Of a DNA stretch of 64,000 nt, positions 1 to 11,809 are shown in pieces (position 1 is the stretch's first letter; every line of letters begins with the position of its first letter). The DNA comes from Octopus sinensis (Eukaryota): the NCBI RefSeq assembly GCF_006345805.1, contig NC_042999.1, positions 113,770,001 through 113,834,000 on the forward strand, read 5' to 3'. Made by a program: the position numbers and the translations under genes. Under the pieces are notes generated by a model that saw only the letters and a list, made by a program, of their open reading frames with translations, was not told the DNA's origin and ran no database searches.

Positions 1-225
1 CACATTCCAAGAACAGGTTGTTTTTGTTCAAGGATAAGCTTATGATTAAAAGAAATGGGTTTAACTCCAGATCAACCCTTCCCAAGCTAACTTATGATCA
101 AAGGAATTCCAGCCTACACCATCCCAGACTTTTTTTTAATATATTTTTCTCCAAGCCTAATACACCAAGGCAACCCCAGTTCCCCAGGCCGAGTACATAC
201 AGGGACTTAATTATTGTAGAATAAT

Positions 226-273
226 TTAACTCCGTGTGTGTTTGTGTGTGTGTGTATCTAAATAAATAAATAA

Positions 274-330
<57 letters not shown>
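226..330. repeat. Compound (GT)n/(AAAT)n/(TA)n microsatellite
   Basis: Directly visible tandem repeats. Confidence 0.95.
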
Positions 331-333
<3 letters not shown>

Positions 334-1172
334 ATCATCATTATTCAATGTCCATCTTCCATGACAAAATGATTCTATATGTTTTCTTTTGGTTTGGAAA
401 ACACAGGGACTTAATTTTAGGTGCATAGGATTTGACTACTAGTATCAGCAGGTCAAGTGACTGCGTAGAGGCTTGTTTGCTGGCTTGTAGATTAAATAAG
501 TACATGGTTGTTATTAAGGAGTGGGGGATGTGTTCTGAGTTAGGCATTCTCTTTTTTTTTTTAACCTTTTTTAAATGTTCTACTTTGTGACAGTTGTGGG
601 TGGATGGGTGAATGGTTGAGTGGGTTTCCTTCTGTTTTCATTTTTTCTTTTTTTTTTTTTTTTTTTTTAGTAGCAAAGTAGCTTGAAACGGAAGAGAGGT
701 GTCAGGGAGGAGGAGAGAGTGGCAGGCAATGACATAATCACTCAACTATATAGACACATTGGAAGCATAGATTTGAAGGAAAATAGTGACCAACGGACAA
801 TTTAACATGGATAATCTCAGAGCCTTTTACATATAACACAATAACACATACATGTGAATGTATGTGTGTATACAGACACGCGCATGCATATACATCCAAA
901 AATATACATACATATACATAAACACACACACACACATATATGTGTGTGTGTGTGCAGGCATACATACGCACACACTTATATACATAAATGTATACACACA
1001 CACACTCCCACAAACATACATATACAACAAAATTTACTAAATGTGTTGCGTAAGAAGGAAAAAACGATAAAGAATGGAAGAAAAAGGGAAAAGAAGAACA
1101 AAAAGGCAAAACTACAAGAACACTATGTTGTGACAACAAACCACCCAAGTTCCTCTCCACTGACTTTCACAG

Positions 1173-1258
1173 GGAGGCAGGACAAAATCACAATAGTGTA
1201 CTTACCATCAATTCGTATTTGTGCCGAGAAAAAAGTTGGTAGTGCCATTTGTAAAAAG
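1173..1258 (+). CDS. Candidate internal coding exon (G)RQDKITIVYLPSIRICAEKKVGSAICKK, unknown gene
   Basis: Acceptor ctgactttcacag| ending at 1172 and strong donor AAG|GTAAGC at 1258/1259. The 86 nt are open in only one frame, phase 1 to phase 0, which matches the exon at 1974. No family recognised. Confidence 0.45.
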
Positions 1259-1859
1259 GTAAGCAGTCCACAAATAGTGACTTAAAGGTTGTCATTTTAA
1301 CAGCATCAGCAGAAGTAGCAGCAGTTGTTGTTGTTGTTGTCGTAGTTGTTGATATTGTTGGTGTTGTTGTTATTGTGGTGGTCGTGGTAGTTGTTGTTGT
1401 TGTCGGGGTTGTTATAGCTGTAGATGCATTGTCTTTGCAGAGCAATGCTACCATAATGCTACGATGTGGTGAAACTCATATATATATATGTATATATAAA
1501 TAAATACAAACACACACACACACACACACACTCTCTCTCTCTCACTCAAATGTAGATATATGTATGTTCAGATTAACTATCCGTTTATATATATATGATA
1601 GAAGAAATATATGTACACATGTATATATATACATATATATGTAATGTGTATGTCTGTGACAGTGTGTGTGTGTGTATGGATGTGAATGTATGAAAAAGTA
1701 TTTATATCATTTTAAAACAAAACTATGTAGGTTGAAAATAAATTAAACACACCCACACACACCCAGACACACAACACAAACAAAATTGCATGCGTGCACA
1801 CACACACACACTCACATACACACACTTTCTCTCTCTTTCTCGCTATCTCTCTCTCTCTA

Positions 1860-1897
<38 letters not shown>

Positions 1898-1973
1898 TCA
1901 CAATCACAATCAAAACAAAAACAAAACGACTTGGAAATTACACACCAGAATGAGAATTCCTTATTGTTTGCAG

Positions 1974-2120
1974 ATAGCGAGCAATAACAACAAACACCAT
2001 TATCATCAACCGACACCAACACCACCGCCGCCAACACAGTCAGTAACACCAACACCGCTTCCACAGCCAAATTCAATGTCAGTATATTCCATGGACACAC
2101 CAAAAAGACTTCGGTGCTAG
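1974..2120 (+). CDS. Candidate terminal coding exon IASNNNKHHYHQPTPTPPPPTQSVTPTPLPQPNSMSVYSMDTPKRLRC*
   Basis: Acceptor ttccttattgtttgcag| ending at 1973. Only the phase-0 frame is open, the other two stop within 4 codons. Pro/Thr-rich, CpGs retained, TAG at 2118-2120, followed by CAG/CAA repeats as a possible 3'UTR. Confidence 0.45.
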   Translation: MASNNNKHHYHQPTPTPPPPTQSVTPTPLPQPNSMSVYSMDTPKRLRC

Positions 2121-2414
2121 CAACTAAACCAACAGACAACGCCACCTAGCAAAAACCAGCAGCAGCTGTTGCTGCTGCTGCTGCACATAGAAACACGAAG
2201 ATCAGGAACAAAATCAGCAGCAACAGCAACAACACCAACAACAACAACACCAGCAGCAGCAACAACAACACCAGCAACACCAACAGCAGCATGCAAGTGA
2301 AGCAGACACACAAAATATTTGACACAGGACAAAGTAGTAAGTTTTTATAACACTTTTTAATAACCTTATTGTTAAAAAGTTCTCAATCTAAATCTTTTTA
2401 TAAAATTTTGATTT

Positions 2415-2618
2415 ATTGCTGTTGTTATTATCATCAATATCATCATTTTTTATTATTACTATTATTAATATTTATATTATTATTATTATTACTATTATTA
2501 ATATTTACATTATTATTATTATCATTACTATTATTAATATTTACATTATTATTATTATTATTACTATTATTAATATTTACATTATTATTATTATTATCAT
2601 TACTATTATTAATATTTA

Positions 2619-2652
<34 letters not shown>

Positions 2653-2692
2653 ATTATTATTATTATAATTATTATTATTATCATTATCATCA
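2415..2692. repeat. (ATT)n array with a higher-order unit attactattattaatatttac repeated about 5 times
   Basis: The unit recurs at a 33-39 bp period, separated by variable ATT runs. Confidence 0.9.
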
Positions 2693-3379
2693 TCTGTTTT
2701 TGTTCGTATACCTGAATTTTGATAAGACAAAAATTATTGATTCTTGGTTGTCAGTGCTGTTACCATGCTACTGAGCTTTTTTTAATTAAACCTGAATAAG
2801 CCACCCAAAACCACACACACACACACCTGATGGACTGACTAGCTTAGTCTAATTTGCTGCAACAAGTTACCCAAATAGGTGCACAGGTAAATCTAATAAC
2901 TCAAACTTCTACAAATCTACCAAACAATTTCCACTGGCCCACATGGAAAGAAAACGGTGTGTGCATGTATGCATATAGAAAGTGGGGTGCAATGCAAGCA
3001 GACTAGGCTGCTGCAATACAATATGTTATCATCACCACAGCAATCAGAAATGAAGGAGGCATGTGGGGAGGGAGAGGTGGTGACGAGAGAAGGAGAAAGT
3101 TTGGTAAAAGTGTCGAAATATTCACACAAGTTGCATCGCTGTTTTGCCGACACAGTAGAGTGAGTGGGAAAAAAATTATAGAAAGTTGGTGAGTGAGTGA
3201 GCGAGATGACTATGAAATTAATTACGTATTTAGAGTAAAATTAGTAGAATTGTACAAGTCTGCTAATGAGATATGAAAAGGAAGAAGGTAAGAAATACTA
3301 CCACTTGTACTGTGGTAAGAGAATAGGCATTTAAAAAAATATTATTTTTTTACTTTTGTATTCATGAATGCATGTGACC

Positions 3380-3383
3380 ATGC

Positions 3384-3422
<39 letters not shown>

Positions 3423-3815
3423 CCAGCATACACACAAGCAAAAAAAGAAAAAATTTACACCATTAGAAAAAAAGTGCCACACTACTAGAAAACCATCAGA
3501 ACACATATACATATATACATACACACACATATATATATATATACATATATACAAACATATACACACACATATCTACACACATATATACATACATATATAC
3601 ATACACATGCATACATACATTTATACATGTGTATATACATACACACATACATATATATACATACATAGCATACATACATATATACATACTTATACACATA
3701 CATATATATATATGCATACATACATATATACATATGTACATACATATATATGCATACATACATATATACATATGTATATACACATACATATACATATGCA
3801 TACATACATATATGT
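3380..3815. repeat. Long compound (TG)n/(CA/TA)n microsatellite
   Basis: Directly visible; source of several spurious ORFs. Confidence 0.95.
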
Positions 3816-5630
3816 TCCATGACTTTGCTGATGTGTGAGGTCAGTGAGATAGGCCTATAACTTTTAGCATCTGCTCTGCTTCCTCCCTTATGGATAGGGC
3901 ATATTATCCCTTCTTTCAATTTGACTGGGAGCTTACCACTTGCAAGAAAGCTCTGAAAAAGAAGCTGCAGCGGTTTTGCAAGAGCTCATTTGCACGATTT
4001 GAGAAGGATCGCTGGAAATCCATCAGGTCCAGCAGCTGAGTTTGTGTCAATCTTATCTATGGCTAGTGTGATATCATCATCTTCAACGTTGATGTACTCA
4101 ATTTTTGCTTCTTTGGCTACAGGTAAAGTGGCAAAGAATTCTTCTGGTTTGTTTATCTTGTCTGTGTCTTAAAGGTGTAGTGAACACACTTTGGAACTGT
4201 TCATTCAGTATTTCACTTATCCTCATTGGATTTCCTGTGAGGGAACCATATTTTTGGAAGAGAGGTCCTATCTCTGGCACACTGCAGCCGTCTCCTTGGC
4301 AAACTTAAAGAAGGCTTTAGGGTTTGACTTGATATTTTCTATTACCCAAGCTTCTTTATCTGCTCTCTCTTTTTCATGTGACTGATGCAGACTTTTCTCA
4401 ATTTCCATTAGCATTCTCTTGAGGCAAGACTTCTCACCACTTTTGGTGTGCTTGATCAAGCGGTTCACAATCCTTGTCTGTCGTCTCATAAAAATCTTCC
4501 TTTCCCAAGGGATCCTGTTTTTGTGTATGCTGGCCCTGCACAATGAGACATATTTGTCACATATGGCTTGTATTATGGACATGAAACGTTTGTGCTTCAT
4601 GTCAATGTCTGGTGTGGAAAGACATGTAGGCTAATCCTGTTTGAGGATCTCTTTCTTAATCAACTTCCAGTTTGCTCTATGAAAGTTTAGTTTGGAGAGA
4701 TTGTAGATGCTTCATATAGGATGTGCATCTGTGGGGGCTTTTGGTCCATATATAGACAGCTCTATTATGTTGTGATCCGAGATTTTCCTTTTATAGTTGC
4801 CGCGCAACAGCCCTCCTATGTTTAGTAGAAATATTTTTGTGATGTGTGTTCGTGTTTGTGGTGGCCATCTTGCATCTGTTGGTAGTGGCCTTGTGTGGGG
4901 GTAGGTATAGTTACAACTTTGTGTTTGTAGCCACGTCAGCTGCTGGACAATTTTTTGTGCCATGCACAAAAAAGATTACTGTTCAGCTGCTGCCCTTCTT
5001 ACATCTGGGTGAAGCTGGCCATTTGTTGGGCCATGAAGTATCCTTTTTGGACCATGCACTACATCCACATACCGTCTTTCGGGAGTAGACAGTGTGCCAT
5101 TTTTACTTCTTTGGTATCTTACTTTTTCTTTTTGTCCTCTCCATAGGAGGGATTGTTGTCTTGGGCTCATGCAATTTTGGCAGGGCCTCTGATGTGCAAA
5201 ACGACAGTTTGCACTATTGTCGCCATGCCACCAGTTTCCGTGCAGGTAAAATTTGCAGATGCTCCTGCTTTTCCATTGAAACTTCTGTGGCTCTTCCTGG
5301 AGCTCTTCTGTTTGTCTGAACAGTTTTTGTTGTTTTCTTTTTCTTTTCTTTTACCTCTTGCTTTTCATTGCCTTCAGCAGCTTTTGTTATGTCGGCTTTA
5401 AGGTGCTTTCCTTTTTCGGCCATCACATCTCTTTGGTCTTCAGGCATGTTGGGGGCTGGACAACTGCCATTGTTTCCCTTGCTAGCAAGTCTCTCAGTTG
5501 TGTTTTTCGTCTTGCTCTTCTGAGCGACCATTGGGTCCTGGATGCTTTCTCCATCCTTTTTGTCATCCCTGGTTCAGTCACCTACCAAGATGATGTCAAG
5601 TGTGTCAATATGTTGTCTAATTAGAGCATA
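3815..5630 (-). mobile_element. Degenerate CR1/L2-group LINE: ORF1 with CCCH zinc fingers plus 5' part of ORF2 (deleted APE, linker, start of RT region)
   Basis: Minus-strand translation gives ICKFYLHGNWWHGDNSANCRFAH (5192-5260, CCCH-like), KIFLLNIGGL and SDHNII (APE ends), IKSNPKAFFKFAK, ILNEQFQSVFT and PIHKGGSRADAKSYRPISLTSHISKVME (pre-RT motif). Several stops and frameshifts. Confidence 0.9.
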
Positions 5631-5639
5631 TGAACAGGT

Positions 5640-5647
5640 GTATGTAC

Positions 5648-5722
<75 letters not shown>

Positions 5723-5738
5723 GGGTGTGTGTGTGTAG

Positions 5739-5778
<40 letters not shown>

Positions 5779-6136
5779 GTGTGTGTGTGTATATATATAT
5801 ATGTATGTATACATATATGTATCTCTCTTTGTTTTTTCTGTGTCACTTTCTGTAGAAGAGCATAGGCTCGAAACATAAAAGACTTTTTCTGTTCCTGGGC
5901 TTTATACTAATACATTTGTTTGTTTTGTACACCACCTGTCTTCGTCTTCAGTTTTTTTCATAAACTCTCACTATATATATGTATACATATACATATGTAT
6001 ACATATATATACATACATACACATATATATATACACACACACATATATATACACACACATATATATACACACACATATATATATAAATATATATATACAC
6101 ATATATATATATATACACACACACACATATATATAT

Positions 6137-6170
<34 letters not shown>
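5640..6170. repeat. (TA)n/(CA)n microsatellite blocks flanking a short interspersed repeat at about 5820-5950
   Basis: Directly visible. Confidence 0.9.
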
Positions 6171-6174
<4 letters not shown>

Positions 6175-6399
6175 GAACCAACATTACTAGTATTTTTTAA
6201 CCCTAAGAGGACTCCTCCTCTTGCTGATTATCAATGTTGCTAGAAGATGGTAGGGGTTTACTCCTCTGTTTCCAATATATACCAGGTGCAGATTCCATCA
6301 ATAACCAACTAGAGGTGTCGTCCTCTTGGGGTTACAAAGTGGTAATAACGTCAGTTCATCTGGAGCAACCGTGTGTGTGTGTGTGTGTGTATACACACC

Positions 6400-6561
6400 C
6401 ACACATATATGACAACCTTTCTAAGGTTTCCTTCTACCAAATTCATTCACAAGGATTTGGTTGAGCCAAGGCTATAGTAAAAGACTCTGGCTCAAGGTGC
6501 CATGCAATAAGACTGAGCTCAGGACCATGTCATTGGGAAGTAGACTTCTTACCACACAGCC
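6400..6561 (-). mobile_element. tRNA-headed SINE family B, head/core fragment
   Basis: Reverse complement of the ggctgtgtggtaag...ggcaccttgggcaag...ctatagcc...ggaaac motif seen full-length at 60802-61170. Confidence 0.75.
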
Positions 6562-8404
6562 AAATCTACATCCTTTATATTCCAGGACACCAACAATGAA
6601 TTAAAAATTGATTTTTCTATGAAAAGCAAGTTGTTTCTCAAAGAAATTAATGTAGGTAATTGTTACAAATCTGAAACAGATCATCGTTGGATTTGTGCCC
6701 CTCTCCCACTGCTTGACAACTAGTGTCGGTTTGCCTACGTAACATAACTTAGCACTCCAGCAAAAGAGGTGGATAGAATAATTATTCCCGCAATACAAAA
6801 TAAGTACTGAGGTTGATATGTTTCAACTAAACCCTTTAAGGCAGTATCCTAGCATGGCCACAGTTCAATGACTGAAAGCAGGGAAAGAATAAAAGAACAA
6901 TCATACAAATGATAATTACTTCTAATTACAGGCACAAGAACAGAAATTACTGGGGAAGATATACATCATCATCACTACCATTAGCACTGTCATCATCATT
7001 ATTTAGTGTCTATTTTCCAGGCTCGAATGGATTGGATAATTTGACAAGATCCAATGAGCTACAGAGCTGCATTGTACTTGATGTCAGCTTTGACATGGTT
7101 ACTATGGCTCGATGCCCATCCTAATGTCAACCACTTTACAGTGCAAACTGAGAGCTTTTCATGTACCACTGACACTACAGTGATTGCTAAGAAACTTGCA
7201 AAACAAGAAAGAAGGGGAAAGTCCTTCTAACTAAGATGAGGAGTTTATTTGATAGCTTAGTGAGGGACAAAAGGTGTCTTGCTCTAGAGAAAATACATGA
7301 CTACTCTGCATTTATGTAAGAGTGAGAGGGAGTCTCTGGGTAGAAAGTAAGATGGTAGAGATGGGCTGTCAAGGCAAGACCCTCAAGAAGAGATGATACA
7401 GGCAGTGAACCAAGAATGGGAGGGAGGTAAGTGTGACTAGATGAGAGGTAAAGTTGACTTTGGTGGCACCTGAATTTAACATGTAAAAACCCGGAACAAA
7501 TGTTGCAAAGCATTTTTTACCAATGCTCTAGCAATTCTGCTGATCTACCATCATAATAATGCTAATAATAATTGTAACTAGCAGGACCCATAGAAATTCC
7601 ATGGTGTAAGTCAGCATATTTGCAAACATTAATATATTAAATGCAAGCAATGAATTTCAAAACATTCTTTTAAAATTTCGCCATTAATCAAAACTGTACT
7701 TTCAAATATTATGGAAATGAACTTAGATGGTATTGCTTATTTACCATCTTTTAATATGTTCGACAGATATGATGTGCTTTGTAGTTTAAGGAAATAAAAG
7801 ATGAATTAAAATGATAAACATTCATATATACATAAACTACACTTTACACTGCCCAACCACAGCCAAAGCTTAGTCCAAGTTATTTACCAACTAAGATTAT
7901 TTTAGTTTCTTTTCATTTCTTCTCACTTCAGTTCAGATCAGTTTCATATCTGTTTATATACCAATTACTATATCTATCTGCATATCAGTTGATATATCTA
8001 TAGACTCACTTACATACCTATCTATGTATCTAATTAACTATCATATCTATATCTACATTCCTTTCTGTATTTGTCTGCTCTCATAATATCTGATAAGTAT
8101 TTAAACCGAATAACAAATAAAACAAGAAAAGAATATTGGTGCCACAGCATGGCCACAGCTTTTGGTTAAGAACATGTAAAAGATGAAAGTATAACATCCA
8201 CAGCAATTTGCTCACTAAAGTTATTTCACTTTAATTTTACTATCTATCGATACATCTTTTAATGCATAAATTTATAGATCTTCATCACATTGTACACTAT
8301 GTTCAACATTCCAACAGTGCCTGCAATTTGAACACGCAAATGTAGAGTAATAGAGACCTTCTCCTTTCATTGCTACCTACCTGCCGCTCTCTCACCTTCT
8401 ACTA

Positions 8405-8493
<89 letters not shown>

Positions 8494-8500
8494 GTGTGTG

Positions 8501-9243
8501 CAGGGTGTGATGGGTGAATTGCCGCTATTTTTAATTTCACGCATGTACATTGTTTGATTTTGATTTTACCAACTACACAATATAGTAGGGTCAGTTGGGC
8601 ACTGTCTGTGAGAAAGACAGCACCATGAGGCAATTCACTCTGCCAGAAATTTGGAAATGACATGATGTACTGCTTGGCATTCGCACCAGAAGTGCCAATA
8701 CAAACATTTCAAAATGTTTGGATGTCAATCTGAGGACATGTACCAAGAGTGATAAAAATCAAACATCCAGTCAACATCATGGCATCTGGAATGATCACTA
8801 GTGATGGCAATGTTATGCTTCCATTTATCTTCCCACATGGCCTCACACTCAACACGGAGACCTATGTCAGGTGCCTGGAGAAGATAGTGCTGCACTGGGT
8901 CAAAAGAGTGGTTGCTGGAAGACCCTATGTCTGACAACAAGACTCTTTACTATACCACACAAGGAGCAGAACCCAGTCATGGCTGTCAGACAATTTCTGT
9001 GACCCCATCACCCCTAACATCTGACTACCTAACTCCCCAGACTGGAACCCCTTTGATTATTATGTGTGGGACGCAGCTGAGGGAGAGACCAACAAAACTC
9101 CTTGTAACACGAAAGATGAACTGAAGGCAAGGATTATGGCAGCATTCACCAACATAAACAAGGATGTCATCCAGAAGAGTCGCAGGAGATTCCAAAGTCA
9201 TCTGGAGGCCATGGTTGAAGCCAATGGCGATTTTATTGAATAA
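8501..9243 (+). mobile_element. Internally deleted Tc1/mariner DD37D (maT-type) transposon
   Basis: Starts cagggtgtgatggg after a TA/TG repeat. Frame KHPVNIMASG...RPYV*QQD-x37-D (NSPDWNPFDYYVWD)...EANGDFIE*, with exactly 37 residues counted between the D codons. The first D region is deleted and no right TIR was found. Confidence 0.9.
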
Positions 9244-9499
9244 ATTTACTCTTTAGTATTTCAAGATATTTTTATGTGATATTGGCAAATAATTGGTAAA
9301 TATATTTGTTAAAATGAGATGTCAGTGCTATTTTCATTTATAAATATATATATACACATGTACATTCATACATGCACATATATATATACACACACACACA
9401 CACAAAAATACATACATCTCTATTTGAGTTATTATCTCTCTTGACCCAAGCGTAACATGGACAAAACAGATGAGAATACAGGAATGCACAGAATAATAT

Positions 9500-10108
9500 T
9501 ATAAATTATTTCATATTTCGGCACAAAGCCAGTAGTTTTAGTGGGAGAAAGTTAGTCAGTTACAATGAACTTCAGTATTCAACTACGGTTTATGGAAAGA
9601 TGAAACGCAAAGTTGACCATAACATGATTTGAGCTTAGAATGTAAACAGCTGAAAGAAATGCCACTAAGCATTTTGTCCAATATTTTAAAGATTCTGTCA
9701 ACTGACCACTTTAATAATAATCTTTTCTAATATAGGCACAAGGCCTGTAATTTTTGGTAAAGTGTCTAGTTGATTATACAGACCACAGTACTCAACTGCT
9801 ACTTATTTTAACACCCAAAAGGACGACAAGCAAAGACAACCCTGGTGTAATTTGAACTCGGAATGTAAAGACAGGCGAAGTGCCACTAAGCACTTTGTCT
9901 GGTATGCTAATGATTTCCACCAGCATGCTGACTTAATAATAATAATCTCTTCTACTATAGAGAAGAAATTTTGGGTTTGGGGGCAATTCGATTATAATGA
10001 CTTCAGTGCTTGGCTGGTACTTAATTTATCAACCTCAAAAAGAAAGAAAGGCAAAGTCACCTGGCATTGTGGCCAGTGCACTAATGATTCTGCCAACTTG
10101 CCACTTCA
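9500..10108 (-). mobile_element. Tandem cluster of tRNA-headed SINE family A copies (about 3)
   Basis: Repeated ggcacaaggcc...actggtactta...gaaaggcaaagtc...tttgaactcagaa...ctaagcattttg...tctgcca blocks separated by AAT tails. Confidence 0.8.
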
Positions 10109-10197
10109 ATAATAATAATAATAATCATAACAATAATAATAATCATAATAATAATACTGATGATAATAATAATAATAATTATAATAATAATAATAAT

Positions 10198-10717
10198 ATG
10201 CCCAAGGCTTGCCCAAAACTACTACAAGTCGTAGTGAGACAATCTGGTAGCAAAATTTCTACAGTGGAAACTGTGTGAAAAGTGGGAGTGAGAGAGAGGC
10301 AAGACACGATATAAGCACAAACTGCAGAGAGCAGCAGAGTTGGAGACTAGCAAAATCCTCTGAGATTTCCCAATACAAACAGATCAGGTGCTAGTTGACA
10401 AGATGCACCACATATAATTGATGTTGCATGTCTCTTAAGTGCAAAACAGCCTGGCTATGGAAAATGAAGGTGAAGATAGTGCCAATTATTGTTGGGTCCT
10501 TGAAGACAGTATCAGAAAGCATCAAAAGGGATATAAAGGAAATTGGAATAGAGTGCCCAGTAGAACTGTTACAAAAGGTTTGCTCCTTGGCATGGCCAGA
10601 ATAATCAGGAAAGTATTAGATAGTTTAAAAAAAAAACAGACAGCATGGTACAAATGCAAAACTCCAGGAATTCCAACAAAACCTGTGATAAAAAGAAATA
10701 ATAATAATGATGATGAT

Positions 10718-10749
<32 letters not shown>

Positions 10750-10750
10750 C
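10198..10750 (+). mobile_element. 3' end of an R4/Dong-type non-LTR retrotransposon (restriction-like endonuclease C-terminus) embedded in (AAT)n
   Basis: Decayed translation: RLAQNYYK..DNLVAKFLQWKLCEKW..SKIL*DFPIQTDQ..IIDVAC..LWKMKVKIVPIIVGSL..VELLQKVC/LLGMARIIRKVLDS. AAT repeats lie on both sides. Confidence 0.8.
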
Positions 10751-11276
10751 ATGCCTTGATGCAGTGCCAGGTTGTGACTCATGGCTGCTGATCTTAACTG
10801 AGTGGAAGTTTTATCAGGTATATGTTTTGTCTTGGCATAAAAGATGGGCCACAGCAAATATTCTACGCAGTATCACAGGTTTGCTTGTCAGTTGTTTGAC
10901 CATAACCAGTTGAGCATGTCCCTTAGTGACTGACGATATGTGCATCTCTGATCATGAGCAGAAGTAGTGGGGTAGCATCATAGCTATGTGCTGAGAGGAA
11001 TTCTTTGGGGTTTGAATAATACACCTCTGGAAACATTGGTATTTTGTTCAACATCCTTAAACAACCCTTGTTCAGAAACCTTTTGAGTGGGCTGGGCTAC
11101 TCAAGCTGAAGAAAATTCTAACTGGGCTCCACCTGCAAGGTCATGTGCTGTTTATCTTGGTACGAGACCATCATGTTGTGCACATATGGTTATGAAGCAT
11201 GTGCCTGATGTACCTTTACTAGACAGGTAGTTCTGGTGGGCTTTGTCACTTTGATGGCATGCACTGCGCTCTCACT
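10751..11276 (+). mobile_element. Approximately 525-bp non-coding interspersed element embedded in AAT repeats (family G)
   Basis: Begins atgccttgatgcagtgccagg and ends gatggcatgcactgcgctctcact+AAT. Reverse-complement copies at 12591-13061 and 41772-41898. Confidence 0.8.
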
Positions 11277-11809
11277 CAATTAAAATAATAATAATAATAT
11301 TAATAATAATAATAATGTTTTCAGGCTTTGGCTCATTTCACTGTTGAGGGATAATTGATTATATCGACCCTAGTGTTCAACTGATATTTATTAACCCCAA
11401 AAAAGGATGAAAGGCATAACCAACCTCAGCAGAAAGTAATCTTAATACAATTAAGATCAAGAATTATTATCTTCACAATTTGAATGGCATTTAGTCTGAT
11501 TCCACATCAATCAGAAAGATATAGTGAAATATAACAGACAAGTTTGGTATCTAACATTTCTTTCATGAGAATTACTGATTTTTTTTTATATGAACACACA
11601 ATCTTTCAAGAATAAATGGTTGAGGAAATAACATTGTGTGGCATTCATACCTTTCCCAAGGATATTAGCTATGTAAAAAAAGTTGAACACCTGTCAGAAG
11701 GTGTTAAAATTCTAAGTATTTTTTCCAATAATTCCACTGCTTACTTTCCTCTCTCTCTCTCTGTGATGTTTTGTTACATAAAGCACATTAAATGATTTTT
11801 ATTATTAGT

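Noticed and set aside
199-416. 14-bp direct repeat acagggacttaatt at 199-212 and 403-416
   Set aside because: Could be a TSD or a local duplication, but the enclosed sequence is mostly microsatellite with no element hallmarks.
674-805. Plus frame QSSLKRKRGVREEE...RTI* after a long poly-T acceptor
   Set aside because: It ends in a stop, and the only phase-compatible donor (gtgacc) is weak; not supported enough to join the 1173 exon.
7575-8410. Possible rolling-circle-type element before the maT insertion
   Set aside because: Termini and hairpins could not be defined and there is no second copy in the window.
8930-10360. Several Trp codons replaced by TGA in the maT and Dong remnants, suggesting recoding
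   Set aside because: TGG to TGA is a single transition, and these copies also carry deletions or frameshifts; ordinary decay.
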